The notes beneath the pieces were generated by a model that did not search any database, was not told the origin of the DNA, and was given only the letters and a program-made list of their open reading frames with translations. From Felis catus (lineage: Eukaryota): DNA of 64,000 nucleotides. Numbering within the stretch: position 1 is the stretch's first letter; every line of letters starts with the position of its first letter. The stretch is from NCBI RefSeq assembly GCF_018350175.1, contig NC_058383.1, positions 20,772,001 through 20,836,000 of the forward strand, given 5' to 3'. Both the position numbers and the translations under genes were made by a program. Below, piece by piece: positions 12,010 to 24,432 of the stretch.

Positions 12010-12726
12010 ATGCTCCAGTTTTCATATCCCGGGCTGGCTCCCGTCACACAAATGTGTCACCCGCCTGACTCCTGGAGGTGTTTGGGATGGAACCCCCACA
12101 CCAGCCTCCTCTCGTACCTCTCAGAGCCCTCCACGCCGGCTTGAATTCCATTCCTTAAATGAGCCCGGTTCTCGTCTGCCTCAGCACCTCCCCTCTGCCG
12201 GGATGACAGCACTCAATCTTACCAAGCTGCCCCTACTCGTCCCACAGATTTCAGTCAAATGTCACTTCCATTAGCCTCATCCCCAGCCCCCGTGGAAACT
12301 CTCCTGTCACATGCTCCTTCACGGCACTCCCTACAATTTCCAATTCTGCTCACTTGCGTTCTTAGTGGTTTAGTGCCATCTGGCCTCACTCAAGCTGTAA
12401 ACTCCAGAAGTCCATCACCCATGGCGCTCATCACCGGATACCCAGTGCCTGACATACACCAAACATCCAACAGATATTGGTTAAGTGACCGCATGAATGA
12501 ATGCAGTCTACTTTGTAGTATGCGGAGGGTCAGCGTCCTCATCTGGAATATGACGACAATGACGTTTTCCATCTTTGGTGCACGTACTTTCTGACAGAAC
12601 AGATAAAACCATGAAGACGCCACTGTCTTACTACATTTTTATTCCCCAAGAGACAAAGGCTATTCTACCCATATTTGGATCGCCAGCAGCTGGTATAAAG
12701 TTACTGTCCAACAAAAATGTGTGTGA

Positions 12727-12938
12727 GGGACACCTGGGTGGCTCAGGCGGTTGAGCGTCAGACTTCCGCTCAGGTCATGATCTCACGGTTGGTGGGTTCG
12801 AGCCCCGCGTCGGGCTCTGCGCTGACAGCTCGGAGCCTGGAGCCTGCTTCGGATTCTGCGTTTCCCTCTTTCTCTGCCCCTCCCCTGCTCGTGCTTGGTC
12901 TCTCTCTCTCTCTCTCAAAAATAAATAAACACTAAAAA
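12727..12938 (+). mobile_element. Can-SINE
   Basis: Canonical; TSD aaa(c)atgtgtgtg. Confidence 0.95.
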
Positions 12939-13153
12939 CATGTGTGTGTTGGGTTGGATTGCTATTACTCTTTGTCTGCAGAAAGGTAAAAAAAACAAGA
13001 GTTGATGTCAGTTCCCCAGTCCATAATTAATGCTCCTACCCGTCTGTCTCAAAAAGATCCTTTGACCTGATCCTAATGCTTGGAAATCTTAAAGGAAGCA
13101 TGTTGGGGCTAAATCAATAAATTCACAGCCTAGAGCCAAGTTTTTTGTGTTTT

Positions 13154-13190
13154 GTGTGTGTGTGTGTGTGCGCGCGCGTGCGCATGTGTG
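13154..13190. repeat. (GT)n(GC)n alternating purine-pyrimidine repeat
   Basis: Direct reading. Confidence 0.9.
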
Positions 13191-13847
13191 GCTTTGGGAT
13201 TGTTTTTTGTTTTTTGCGGTTCTTTTTTGCCCAGAAGAAGTTTCTGTTTCATACCTGTTTGTTTCATTCTTTGAAAGGCGTGCGAAGTTTGTCAATAAAG
13301 GTGACACCTCTTGCCTGAAGGTTTGGTGAGCAAGAGAAAACAGGTGCACATTATAGAAAGTCGGCCTTCACCCAAAGAAGTCAAGTATCTGCCTCATCCG
13401 GACCCAGAGGCTGAAGCTAACATATAGAACGGTGAGCAGGGACGACCCAGAGCTGGCCCGGGGGGTGCGGTCCAGGTAAGGATGCTCACATTTGTCTGAA
13501 GGGCTCCCAACATCACCTCCACCACCATGAACCCCCACGGGACTGTAGCCCCCACGAGTTTGTACACGTACACGGTCGACCTGTGGCTCTCCCGTCCAAT
13601 CTTCCATCTTGGTGTGTCGGGGAAGAGCAATAGCAGAGCGAATGTCCAATGAGCCTCTACTCTGCGCCAGAATTAGGCAAGGCATCCTGCCAACAACGGA
13701 CTTAACCGTCACTCAGAAGGGACCGTTCTCCCTTTTCAGAGACGTGGAAACCGAGCAAGTAGCTAAACTTGCATCCAGTCATCAAACCCGCCTGCACTTA
13801 AGAACGTTTATGGAGGGGACGCCTCGGTTGAGTGGCCGACTCGTTGA

Positions 13848-14050
13848 TTTTTTCAATGTTTGTTTATTTTTGAGAGAGACAGAGCACAAGTGGGGGAGGA
13901 GCAGAGAGAGAGGGAGACACGGAATCCAAAGCGGGCTCCAGGTTCTGAGCTGTCAGCACAGAGCCCGACGCGGGGCTTGAACTCACAAACCGTGAGATCA
14001 TGGCCTGAGCCGAAGTCGGACGCTCAACCGACTGAGCCACCCAGGCGCCC
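13848..14050 (-). mobile_element. Can-SINE within a MIR
   Basis: tttgtttatttttgagagagacagag ... gactgagccacccaggcgccc. Confidence 0.95.
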
Positions 14051-14756
14051 TGAACCCCGCCTATTTTAGACCGAAGCTCAAGCTACTTAACCACTAGGCT
14101 CCACAGTCTCCATCCCTGCACTCCAAGATGATACATGCTAAAAAAAAGTATAGGCATTTTCTGCTCATTCGTTGTTTTCCGCAACAACACTCCCTCACCG
14201 GGCATCCTGCGTTTGTTCACAACCACGGGGAAAATTTAAAGGCAGAAAGGTCAGAGGACATCTGCTCAGGTCGTGTAAAAATCAGCCGGCCTGATCTGAC
14301 GTTATGATGGACAAGAAGTTCCGAGAAGTTCAAGGTCATCTATGGGAGTCTACCTTAGGCATGATTTTACCTTAAACGTATTCTTAGAATTCCAAGCCCA
14401 TCCACAGATGTCAAGGATTTGTCGTTCGCATGACATGACTGTGTTTTCCTCAACAGCACCTGCACATCCAGAACGGTGGGGGGAAGGCCAAGAAGGGGAG
14501 GAAAGAGGCAGGTCACTTTATTATTTTTAAAAGAGAATTTATAAGCAGGTGCGTTTGTATTTCTTACCCTAGGCCAGGCTCCTCTCCTGCCAGATCGATC
14601 TGGCTCAGAGGTGAGGCTCTTCAATAGAACCTATTCCAGGAATCTTGGGGGCTACTGAATATTTGAAGGGTACGGGCTTCCATGAAGAGAATACAAAAAA
14701 AAAACCCCAAAAACAAAAAACAAAACAGAGAGAATAAAGCATTTCATACCGCCGAG

Positions 14757-14994
14757 CAGTGATTCTCAACCGTGGGCGATTTCGCACCCCTGCGGACATC
14801 TGGCAACATCTCTAGTCATTCTTGGTCGTCACAGCTGGGGCTGGGGGGGGGGGGGGGAGAGAAGGCTCCCGGCCCCTGGTGGGGCGATGCTACAGTATCC
14901 TACAGTGCACGGGGAACCCCCCACCCCGACCCCACGCACACAAGAAAGAATTCTCTGGATACATGTCAACAGTGCCGAGGTCGAGAAACCCTGC
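14757..14994 (+). mobile_element. MER20 (hAT MITE)
   Basis: cagtgattctcaaccgtgggcgatttcgcaccc ... tgtcaacagtgccgaggtcgagaaaccctg, matching the MER20 termini. Confidence 0.85.
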
Positions 14995-15384
14995 TTTCAA
15001 AGGAGTACCTCTGGTTTTGAATTTTTCTTTTTAATTTTATCTTTGGAAAAGCGACATTACTAACTCTCAGCCTGTCCGTGAAATGCTGTCTCTAGAACAC
15101 ACTCCCGTAGATTGCTTCCTGGGGGAGCCTCTGTAGCTCCCGGCCCCTTCCAGAGCCGTGCGAAGGCTTCAGCACAGCGCGCAGGAACGTCGGGGACCTG
15201 GACCGGCGACCTTCTCCTGGCCATCCCCGTCCCCCCTCGCAGAGCCAGTCCTGCCGGACTTCCCGCATCGCCCACACCACCCTCGCCCAGCTCGGTTGAG
15301 CCCTTCCTCTCTTCGCTACCTTGCAAACCTCTCTGCACCCCCCAGGGCTTTACCGTGTCACCTTCGTCACCCTTCTGGAAACCT

Positions 15385-15547
15385 TCACTGCTGAGAGTAG
15401 GGCTCGTCCACCCACGGCAACAGCGTCACCGGGGGATTTATTAGGAAAACAGAATCTCCGGCCCATGCCACGGACTTAGGGAAACGGATTCTGCCTTTCG
15501 AGGTCCCAGGAGTCCCGTGTGCCCATTAAAGTGCGAAAGAATTCTTG
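15385..15547. mobile_element. MER5-type hAT MITE
   Basis: agcgtcaccgggggatttattaggaaaacagaatctccggccc ... gtgcccattaaagtgcga. Confidence 0.6.
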
Positions 15548-16232
15548 CCGACAGCGTGAGCTGCCTGCCACAGCCTCTACGCTCGCACAGCGTCCCGACC
15601 AGACCCCCAGACTCACAGATTATTTACTGTGCGGCAACTGTCTACGCGTGCGTCTGTCTTTCTCTCCACTTGGTGACCCTGATCTGCAGAAGGATATTTT
15701 ATTTATGAATATATCACTGGCATCAAAATAGAACAGCCGCTTAGCAGACACCCCATATATTACAGCTAAACCAACGAACAGTCGATCGATCCGTGATCCC
15801 CCCCCACCGCCCCCCAGTCCCCACCAGATGGAAAGGCGGTTTCCTCCTCCACACAGCCGAGTCCAGGGTGGGTCCGGTGCCAGCCGCGGGGATACGATCA
15901 CATCTCAGCAACCCCGTCCGTGGGTGCTTAGGATAAAGAAGACTCACGCCCCAACCTGTTAAATCCCAATGAAGCTTCCACTGTGCTGGGTTCTATACTT
16001 GTCACTGGGGATGCAGCCATGCAGAAAACATGCCTGGACCCTACTCTGGCCGGGGCGGATATTCTGGATATGGAGTGAGAAATGAGCCAGTGGTCACAGG
16101 GTACACAGAGTCCTATCAGAGGGGAGGCCTGGGGCGCTCGGGAGCAGGTGTGATGTGTGGGGCTGGGTGGTGCACCTGCTCACGGAGGCTTCTTCCTTGA
16201 AGGAGTGACATTGTAGCCTAGGGGCAAAGGGT

Positions 16233-16285
16233 AAATAGGAATTAGGCAAGAGAGATGGGGAAATAGGAATTAGGCAAGAGAGATG
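16233..16285. repeat. Perfect 25-bp direct repeat, period 28
   Basis: aaataggaattaggcaagagagatg at 16233-16257 and 16261-16285. Confidence 0.95.
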
Positions 16286-16452
16286 TAATGAGTTGACAGA
16301 ACTCGTGGTATTTCGTGATAGAAATAGAAATGCACGGATGATCTCCTTATGACGATCCTCTGGACCCCCTTCGGCCGCCTTCGCGTATCCTTTGCTTGAC
16401 TAGCGCTTTCTTTCCTAGCAGGTTTTGAGACCTCCTGAATCAACGGCCCTCC

Positions 16453-16681
16453 TTTTTTTTTTTTTTTAATATTTTAAAATTTTTATTTATTCATTTTGAA
16501 AGAAGAGAGAGAACAGCAGGGGAGGAGTAGAAAGAGAGAGGCAGAGAGAGAACCCCAAGCAGGCTCCGGGCTGTCACAGCGGAGCCCAACGCGGGGGGTC
16601 CAACTCACAGACTGTGAGATCGTGACCTGGGAACCGGACCGAGAGTCAGACGCTTAACCGACGGAGCCAGCCAGGTGCCCC
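16453..16681 (-). mobile_element. Can-SINE
   Basis: Poly-T ... gacgcttaaccgacggagccagccaggtgcccc. Confidence 0.93.
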
Positions 16682-17611
16682 TGAATGGACAGCGCTCTTA
16701 AGCCAAGGCTCAGAGGGCCTTTCTAGGCTCTCTAGGAGGCTGGTCGCTGCTGTTCCCGAGCCCCATCGTTTACTGTCTCCTGCCCATTTCCCGTAAGGTC
16801 GTTCACACTGCTCACGCATTCACACGACTCACTCACATACTCATTCCGTGTAGGTATCCTGTCCTTCCGCAGGCCAAACCTTGGGGACGCAGAGGTGAGC
16901 AACACACACAGGACAAAACCAAACCAAATCTGCCTCTCTCTGGACGGCCAGGGGCTGGGGCGCAGGAGATGGGGACATAAGAGGGGACAGCTCCCAGGGG
17001 AGCCTCACAGGCTGGGCTTGGCCCCTACACCCGAATCCTTCTCCGGGTGCCCCACCTGCCCACAGTCCACAGCCAGGGCGTTCAGACGTCCCTGCCTCCT
17101 CCTCCAGTCCACTCTGGTGATGCCCCACTTCCGCATGACCAGAAATCGGGGTGGGTGGACATTGTCCAGGGCGTCGGTATTCGTGATTTTTCCCGTGCTA
17201 TCGGGCACGATGAAGCCACCTTCCCTGACGGATAGCGCTTAGCTGGTCGACTCAGCCTCAGAGAGATTCATTCTGTAATTTGGGGGCCTCAGAGGAGGAA
17301 CGTCTTCGTATTTTTCAATACAATAAACTGCAGCGAGGTCACTATTCATTGGCCCTAACGGCTTCACTATCACGGAGTCCGTTATTACCAGGCATTAAGT
17401 TACCTATAATTACTTTGTTTCACTCTCCATTTTCGCGAGACAAACCATTCAGACCGGGCAAGGCCGAAGCATCTTTTGCCATCTGTTTGTGAGTTAAACA
17501 AAGCTTCCACCCCAGAGCACGAGCCTTCTCTACAACCCTGCCTGGGCGTCTCATCGGGCTTCTTGCTATCTGCCTCCTTGCTGAGAGTATTATTATAATA
17601 ATGATCTTTAT

Positions 17612-17838
17612 CAGGGATCAGCAAACCAGGGCCTGGGGGCCGTTCCGGCCAGCCCCCCTGCTTTATTTCTAAATTGAATTTTACTGGAGAGCGACCTTAC
17701 CCGTTTGTTTACTTCTCGTCTCTGCTGCTTTCTTGATAAAACGGCAGAGCTGAGCAGTTGGAGCAGAGACGAGGCAACGCTCAAAGCCCCAAATGTGTCC
17801 TATCAGGTCTTTTTACGCACAAGGATCGCCAACCTCTG
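17612..17838 (+). mobile_element. MER58-type hAT MITE
   Basis: cagggatcagcaaac ... acggcagagctgagcagttg ... gccaacctctg termini. Confidence 0.8.
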
Positions 17839-18298
17839 CGTAATAGCTCAGGTTTCTGTAGCTTAAGTCCTGTGCAAAATCCTTTACGTGCCTTGGGTCC
17901 TACAATCCAGGAAGATCCCACTGGACTCACAGGGACGGCCCCACAGTCCGGGTTCGAGCCCAGCTGGCATCGGCTGTGTCCGACTGACGCCTCCGTATGC
18001 CTCCTGAGATCTGAACCATGTGCACTGACCCTCACGAGCCCCGGAACTTTGTTAAATGAGACACGTCACTTTGCCTCATGGTGCGTGTTTGTGCCAAACG
18101 GGGCATGATCAAACCTACTCGGCAGTGCCGTGCTGAGTTAGATGAAGGATGGCAGGTGGAAACACACGGAAATCTCTGTGAAACGTCCTCCAGTGGTTAC
18201 TTCCCAGGTGACAGATGTTCACCTGTTTGTAGATGGCGGGTTGTGTCTCCTAATGCCTCCCTGGCTGAATCCACCCTACAGGGGCTTCTGGCTTCCCT

Positions 18299-18445
18299 CA
18301 GTTCTCCAAGCGTGGCCCGCAGCCCACCCGGGAGCTTGTCTGACGTGCGCAATCTCAGCCCAGCCTCGGACCTAGTGATTCAGTTCTGCCTGCTAACAAC
18401 ATCCCCAGGTGACTGGGTGAACATCAAGGTTAGGGACGCCCCGCT
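18299..18445. mobile_element. MER5-type hAT MITE
   Basis: ttctccaagcgtggccc ... cacccgggagcttg ... aacaacatccccaggtgact. Confidence 0.65.
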
Positions 18446-19052
18446 CTAATCCCGGCTCTGATGATCCTGATGGAGATGCCATCAGACTGTGCCGGTGCTG
18501 TGGAACATCTCCATAACCTCACCTTTTGGCCAAGTGGACTCCCGTGATGGTTTCCTCTTTCATCCTTTCGAAAAAGGCACCCCATTCTGTCTCCCGAGAC
18601 TATGTGGTTGGACTCTGACACCTTCCTTGCTTCTTGGGGCCCTCCGCTCCTCAGGATGCGTCCTCTATACCTTTCCCTATATCCTCCGCACCTTCTGCAA
18701 TGTGATTTCTACCGCTCCCATGACAATCTGCTCTTGGCACTGAATATCCTAGTATATCATGTCAGGTATATATAGTATATATACTATATATATGCCCCCT
18801 GAACATTCACAGAGGTAAGTTATTGCTGTCCTCCCATGTCTGACCTTGAGCGTTTATCCTCATCCTGGCTCATATTCCTGATGCCCCAGCCAGCCTCCTG
18901 CCTGAGATGGGAGACTCGGGAAATCCTCAGGGGCAACACAAAAGATACTCACCCTCACCTTCAGGTGAAGATGCCCTGTCCCCGAGAGTCCAGACTACGC
19001 CTCCCACGGCCCCAGCTTCTAGCCCAAGGCTCAGCACCAAAAGATGCCCGAT

Positions 19053-19140
19053 CAGGGCACCCGGGAGCTCAGATGGTTTGGCATCTGACTCTTGCTTTCA
19101 GCTCAGGTCACGGTCTCACGGTTCGCGAGATCGAGCCCCG
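19053..19140 (+). mobile_element. Can-SINE head only (3' part missing)
   Basis: gggcacccgggagctcagatggtttggcatctgactcttgctttcagctcaggtcacggtctcacggttcgcgagatcgagccccg, then unrelated sequence. Confidence 0.85.
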
Positions 19141-20391
19141 TATTATTTGGTGTCTTGGATCCCTAGGGACTTGGCGGGGTCAGATGTCACGACGCCCAAG
19201 CAGACGCAGCCAGGCTGAGCCTGCACTGTTTGCCGACCTTCCCAAATCAGTCAGACCTTCTAGCACAAATGCCAGTAGGTTTCTCTTCCCTCTACCCACA
19301 CCTATGATTCATTCTCTCCCTCCCCTTTTCTATCACAAACACACATCTGTTCCGACTTAGGATAACTAAAGGAAAATTAAATGAATCTGTTTCGTGTGTC
19401 TCCAGGGTTATTTATAGGACTTTAATACAGGCTGATACAAAATAAAGAAATAAAGAGAGAAATAAAAATAAATTATCTTCTTGGGGAGCCAAGCAAAGTT
19501 CAAGGAAGGGGAAAACAGTCATGTCCTTCGAGCTGATGAAGTTGTAAGCGCCTTTGGTTTATCACCGTCTTTCTCCCAGGTCCTGTGAAAATCAATGAAG
19601 CCGGTTGGATACTGAGAGATCAATATTAAAAATACGCACTTTGCAATGCAGAACATGTACGCCGTACGTGCATTTCAAAGGGTCGGCATGCCGATGGAGC
19701 AATCCTAATCAAGCACTCGGAAGAGAGTACATATTGACTGTTGGGATCAGGGCGTCGCGGGTCCTTCTCTGGCAACCCCTTCGATTTCTCTCCGAGTGCC
19801 ATGTGCTGCCCAGCTGTGGCCATGCGGCGGGCAGCTAAGGCTGTGGGTCACTGATGAACCTTCAGCGTGTGATGAGATCTTTCAGAAATAGGCCAGAGAC
19901 AGAATGATAACCTCCAAAGGAAGTGGTTCAATGTGAAGATCAACGTTATCCTCCAACGTGGGAAAATAGGAGACGTGTTCTCACCCAGACGTCTCTGGAC
20001 TCATCTCCCCGTTTACCCTCATCCCCGCTGCTGTCTGCCCACCAGGCTTCCCTGGAGGGGAAGTTCCCCTCCATCCCCCACTCTGACCTTGGCTGATGTC
20101 TCCACTATGGCCACGTTCTGCCACCTTCCACACAACTGCCAGCATAACCTTATTAAGACAGGCACTTTATTGTATTTCATTAGTGCCTGAAATCTAAGAT
20201 TTGGGGGCAGTTCATGAGGAATCGCCTTGATTTTTACCTTCCCCAGGAGCTATCCCCAAACACTTCCTGGACACCAGTCACAGTGCTGCTTAACACGTCT
20301 TGCACGGGGAACAGCTAGTTGTCAACATTCAGATCTATTTTCTCTCTGTCCTCATTTTTGGATTTTCTTAGGCAGATACAAATGTTTCTTG

Positions 20392-20633
20392 TTTTTTTTT
20401 TTTTAACACTTATTTATTTATTTAGAGAGAGAGATGTACCGTGAGCAAGGGAGGGACAGAGAGGGAGAGACAGAGAGAGGGAAAGAGAGAGAGGGAGAGA
20501 GAAAATCCCAAGCAGGCTCCACACTGCCAGTGCAGAGCCCAACGCAGGGCTCGATCTCACAAAACATGAGATCGTGACCTGAGCTGAAACCAAGGATTTG
20601 GACGCTTCCCCAACTGAGCCACCCAGATGCCCC
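20392..20633 (-). mobile_element. Can-SINE
   Basis: TSD aaatgtttctt at 20380 and 20635. Confidence 0.95.
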
Positions 20634-21718
20634 TAAATGTTTCTTTCCTGTGATCTCATAGGATCCTTCTATTTATTATCCATCATTTACTCCACAGTAT
20701 TACAGTATAATACTTCATACCTGTCTGTTGGCCATGTGTCTTCCCCATTGGCATCCAAACTCGTTGGGGACAGTGAGTTGGTTGTGTTTACTGCCCTGAC
20801 CCCTGCTCCCCAGAATTAGTGCCTGGTACCTAACAAGCACTCAAGATATATTTGCCGAATGAATGATTAGGTGAAAGTCTACTCTCCAGGCTAGACTGTG
20901 AGCTTGCTGAAGTTCTCCCATTCATTCCACATTCTGGGTACACAGTTAAATGCCTGGCACGGGGCAGGAGTCAAAAACATAGCACTTTGCTGAACTGAGT
21001 TGGCTCGAAAGGCACTTTGCCGGGGGAACTTACCAAGGGGGTCCTCAGAACTGCCTTCGTCTCTGTGTACAAAGCCAGATTAAAAGCTAAAACGGGAGAC
21101 CGCCTCCCACAAAAAAAAAGGGGGGGGAGGAAGTCCTCAGTGACGATCAAGGACAAAAGATCCCCAAATCTCAACACCCCAAATTGGCAATTATGCGTCT
21201 CAAGCTTCACAATTCCATTTATGAACGTAAATCCTCACCTTATCTCAAGGAAACATACTGCAATGTCAACTCGATTTTAAAAGACCTTTATAGTTGCCAC
21301 AACTTTGATATATACATTTTACTGTGGCGCCATTTGCACTGCTAAAGTTACGGCTGAGTCAGCACTTGCGGTAGGAAATCCATGTTCTGGGGATTTATAA
21401 CTCAGCCATAAACGCTCAGCTTCGGCTTTGGTGATAAAGAGACAAAGACTGCCCCGATGTGCAAAGATGCCTAAGCAAACCCTCTGGAGCTGTCCCCCAA
21501 TGGGCTCAAGGGGAAACCATGGGTCTTCCTGTACAACTACGATTCTGAATCGATATCAAGGAGAAAAGATCGTTAATGAGGCATGTAACCTTCACCCATT
21601 TCTCAAGGAGCGAACCCCGGGACGTGCGTTTGATTTTGTAGACTCCCCGACTCTTGAGTAGTTATTCTCCCACTCAGCTCACGTCCAAGTGGTCACCAAA
21701 TCCGACAGAGTCCACCTG

Positions 21719-21880
21719 CAGTGCGTCTTGGGTCGTAACGCACCTACGATCACCTGGGGATCGTTATGACAGGTAGTAAATCCTGGAAGCCCAGGGTGGA
21801 GCCTGAGAGTCCGCGTTTCCCACGAGCTCCCAGGTGACGCCGATGCCGCCGTCCCGGGGACCACTCTCTGCGGAGCAAGG
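21719..21880. mobile_element. MER5A-type hAT MITE
   Basis: atcacctggggatc ... gggtggagcctgagagtccgcgtttc ... ctcccaggtgacgccgatgccgccgtcccggggaccactct. Confidence 0.8.
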
Positions 21881-22389
21881 TACTCCGGAGACCCCATCGT
21901 GCCTCCTCCTTTGCATCTCTCCTCTTCCTTAACGCAGACCCTTCTCATGTCACATCCGCCGTTTAACACCTGCCCTTCGATCTGCTTCTCTGCAATCCTC
22001 TCTGCCTGTGCTTCATCCCTCACTGTGTTGCCAAAGCAGTTTTAGGGGACGAGTCCGATCGTATCACTTCCCAGCTTAAAACACTTTGTAACCCAGCGTT
22101 CCCTTCCCCTGCACAATGAAGCCAGAATTCTTTAGCTGTCCCCAGCCGTGCTACCCATGTCCCCACAGACAGGGTGAGTCGTCCCCTTCCCAGTCTTGCC
22201 ACTTTCTATATGCCACCATTAATTCTGTCAACAGTTTTTTCGTGGTTGACCCACGCATCTGTCCATCTCAACTGACCGTGAGGTCTTAAAAAGTTAAGAA
22301 GAATATTTTACTCAGCTCAGGGTCTGCCGGTCAATAGAGAGTTCAATACATGCTTGATGGCAGGAGGGATTAATAAATTAAGGAGGTTA

Positions 22390-22580
22390 TAATAAGCGCT
22401 AACATTTATCGAGCATCGTCTCTGTACCAGGCGTTGTGCGATATGCCTCCCATTTACCAACTCACTGAATGCCCAGAACATCCCTGAGAGTTACATATGG
22501 TGAGCCCCACTTTACGCATGAGCAGGCATAAGGCTCCGAAAAGCCAAATTAACTGTGCTGAAGATGGACAGTTAATCAGC
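22390..22580 (-). mobile_element. MIR
   Basis: gctaacatttatcgagc ... taccaggcgttgtgc ... ccccactttacgcatgag. Confidence 0.7.
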
Positions 22581-22681
22581 GGCAAAATGGAATCGGAACT
22601 CAAGTTTTATTACAATGCTAACATTCCTTCTCTTAACTGCTAAGCTATCTGGAAAGGCTGACGGAGGAAATGAATGAAGAC

Positions 22682-22726
22682 AGGAAGGAAGGAAGGAAGG
22701 AAGGAAGGAAGGAAGGAAGGAAGGAA
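22682..22726. repeat. (GGAA)n microsatellite
   Basis: Direct reading. Confidence 0.95.
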
Positions 22727-22883
22727 TTTCTGGTGCCCATGGGGATCTGTGAAGCCAGGCAACCTCTCCCCGCAAGTCAACAAAAGTACCCTCTTCAGAT
22801 GACCAAGTGCGAATATAGAGAAACAAAAGGGGTGATTTATGCCTCTGGTTTGCTGCTCTGACCTCTGGCAGCTCAAAATAAGA

Positions 22884-23109
22884 TTTTATTTTATTTTATT
22901 ATTTTTTTTTTAATTTTTCAACGTTTATTCATATTTTGAGACAGTGTGAGTGGTGGAGGGGCAGAAAGGGAGGGAGACAGAATCCGAAGCAGGCTCCAGG
23001 CTCTGAACTGACAGGACAGAGCCTGACGCGGGGCTTGAACTCACAGACCGTGAGAGCATGACCTGAGCCGAAGTCAGATGCTTAACCGACTGAGCCACCC
23101 AGGCGCCCC
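22884..23109 (-). mobile_element. Can-SINE
   Basis: Canonical on the reverse strand; TSD aagattt. Confidence 0.95.
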
Positions 23110-23734
23110 AAGATTTGATTTTAAAAAGCAAATGCCTCCAACTGTTACTTCAGCTCCTTGACGTCGAAATGAAGAACGTGAAGATGAGCCCGACTGGCAT
23201 GTGCCGGACCCCAGAAAGTCGAAGAGCAGGGAATATGTTTTACTTCCAGATGTCGCTGAGGCGCGAGAGACCAGAAATCCCAGACATCCAACACCCATCC
23301 ATCCTTCCTCTCACTCATGATCCATTTGTTTATTCGTTTATCCGTTCCTTGATCCATCCCAATGTTCATTCTCTCATTCACCAAATATTTATGAAGCCTT
23401 CGTATGTTTTAGGAACTGCTTAAGTGCTAGCCATATGACCAAGTTATTAGCAGGGTCACAGGACTGTTCCCCAAAACTTTAAAAAAATTACCTCTCAACT
23501 GATACTAAGAGATACAAAATTTATTCAGGCAAAATGGTGGGTCAGTGTGTGTGATGTAATGGATGGGGTGGATGGAGGCCGTTCCAAAAGGAGGTAACAA
23601 CATGCGCGTAAGACCCGCGTGAGGGCGAGAAATCCCAGCATGCTCGAGGCGTCGAAGGAGCTCAGGATGGCTGAACAGAAACGTACAGGGAGACAGGAAT
23701 AAGGGAGAAAGACAAGGTAAACATGTGGGCAAGA

Positions 23735-23917
23735 GGGGCGCCTGGGTGGCTCGGTCGGTTGAGCGTCCGACTCTTGATTTCGGCTCGGGTCACGATCTCT
23801 TGGTTTGTGAGATCAAACCCTGCGTCGTCAGGCTCTGTGCTGACAGCACGGAGCCTGCTTGGGACTCTCTCTCTCAAAATAAGTAAGTAAACTTATTAAA
23901 AAATTAAAGAAAAACAA
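23735..23917 (+). mobile_element. Can-SINE
   Basis: TSD atgtgggcaaga. Confidence 0.95.
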
Positions 23918-24200
23918 ATGTGGGCAAGATTGCGCAATATCCTTCTCGGCGTCTAACAATTAAAGGATGTCAGTAGCAATGTGGATCCAGAAAGGGTGCC
24001 CTGAGGAAAGACTGTGCTAAGTTGAGGGAGCTTAATATAACCATATTCATATTTATATCCATCCATTTATTTTTATAGGCCAATGATAAAATGAGGAATC
24101 AGATATGAATTACAGCACTCAAATATGGGGGTACAAATACAACACACACACATACCTATACGCATCTCTCTCTCTCTCTCTTTCTATCCTCTTCATCTTC

Positions 24201-24432
24201 TTTTTTTATATTTAAAAAGAATTTTTAATATTTATTTGCTTTTGAGAGAAACAGACAGAGTATGAGCAGAGGAGGGACAGAGAGACAGAGAGGCAGACAC
24301 AGACTCCAAAGCAGGCTCCAGGCTCCGAGCTGTCAGCACGGAGTCCGACGCGGGGTTCAAACTCAGGAAGCGTGAGATCATGCCCTGAGCCCAAGTCGGA
24401 TGCTTAGGCGACTGAGCCACCCAGGCGCCCCC
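24201..24432 (-). mobile_element. Can-SINE
   Basis: Canonical on the reverse strand. Confidence 0.95.

Larger units (their letters stand above)
10620..12503 (+). mobile_element. L2 LINE fragments interrupted by three SINEs
   Basis: ggacctcttctcttctc; ggcatctcaactcac; terminal cagtgcctgacatac...tgaatgaatg. Confidence 0.6.

Noticed and set aside
13278..13475. Possible exon (pyrimidine tract + aag acceptor; cag|gtaag donor)
   Set aside because: Stops occur in the frames I checked and the peptide is unrecognisable. It could only be a non-coding exon, and nothing in the sequence supports that.
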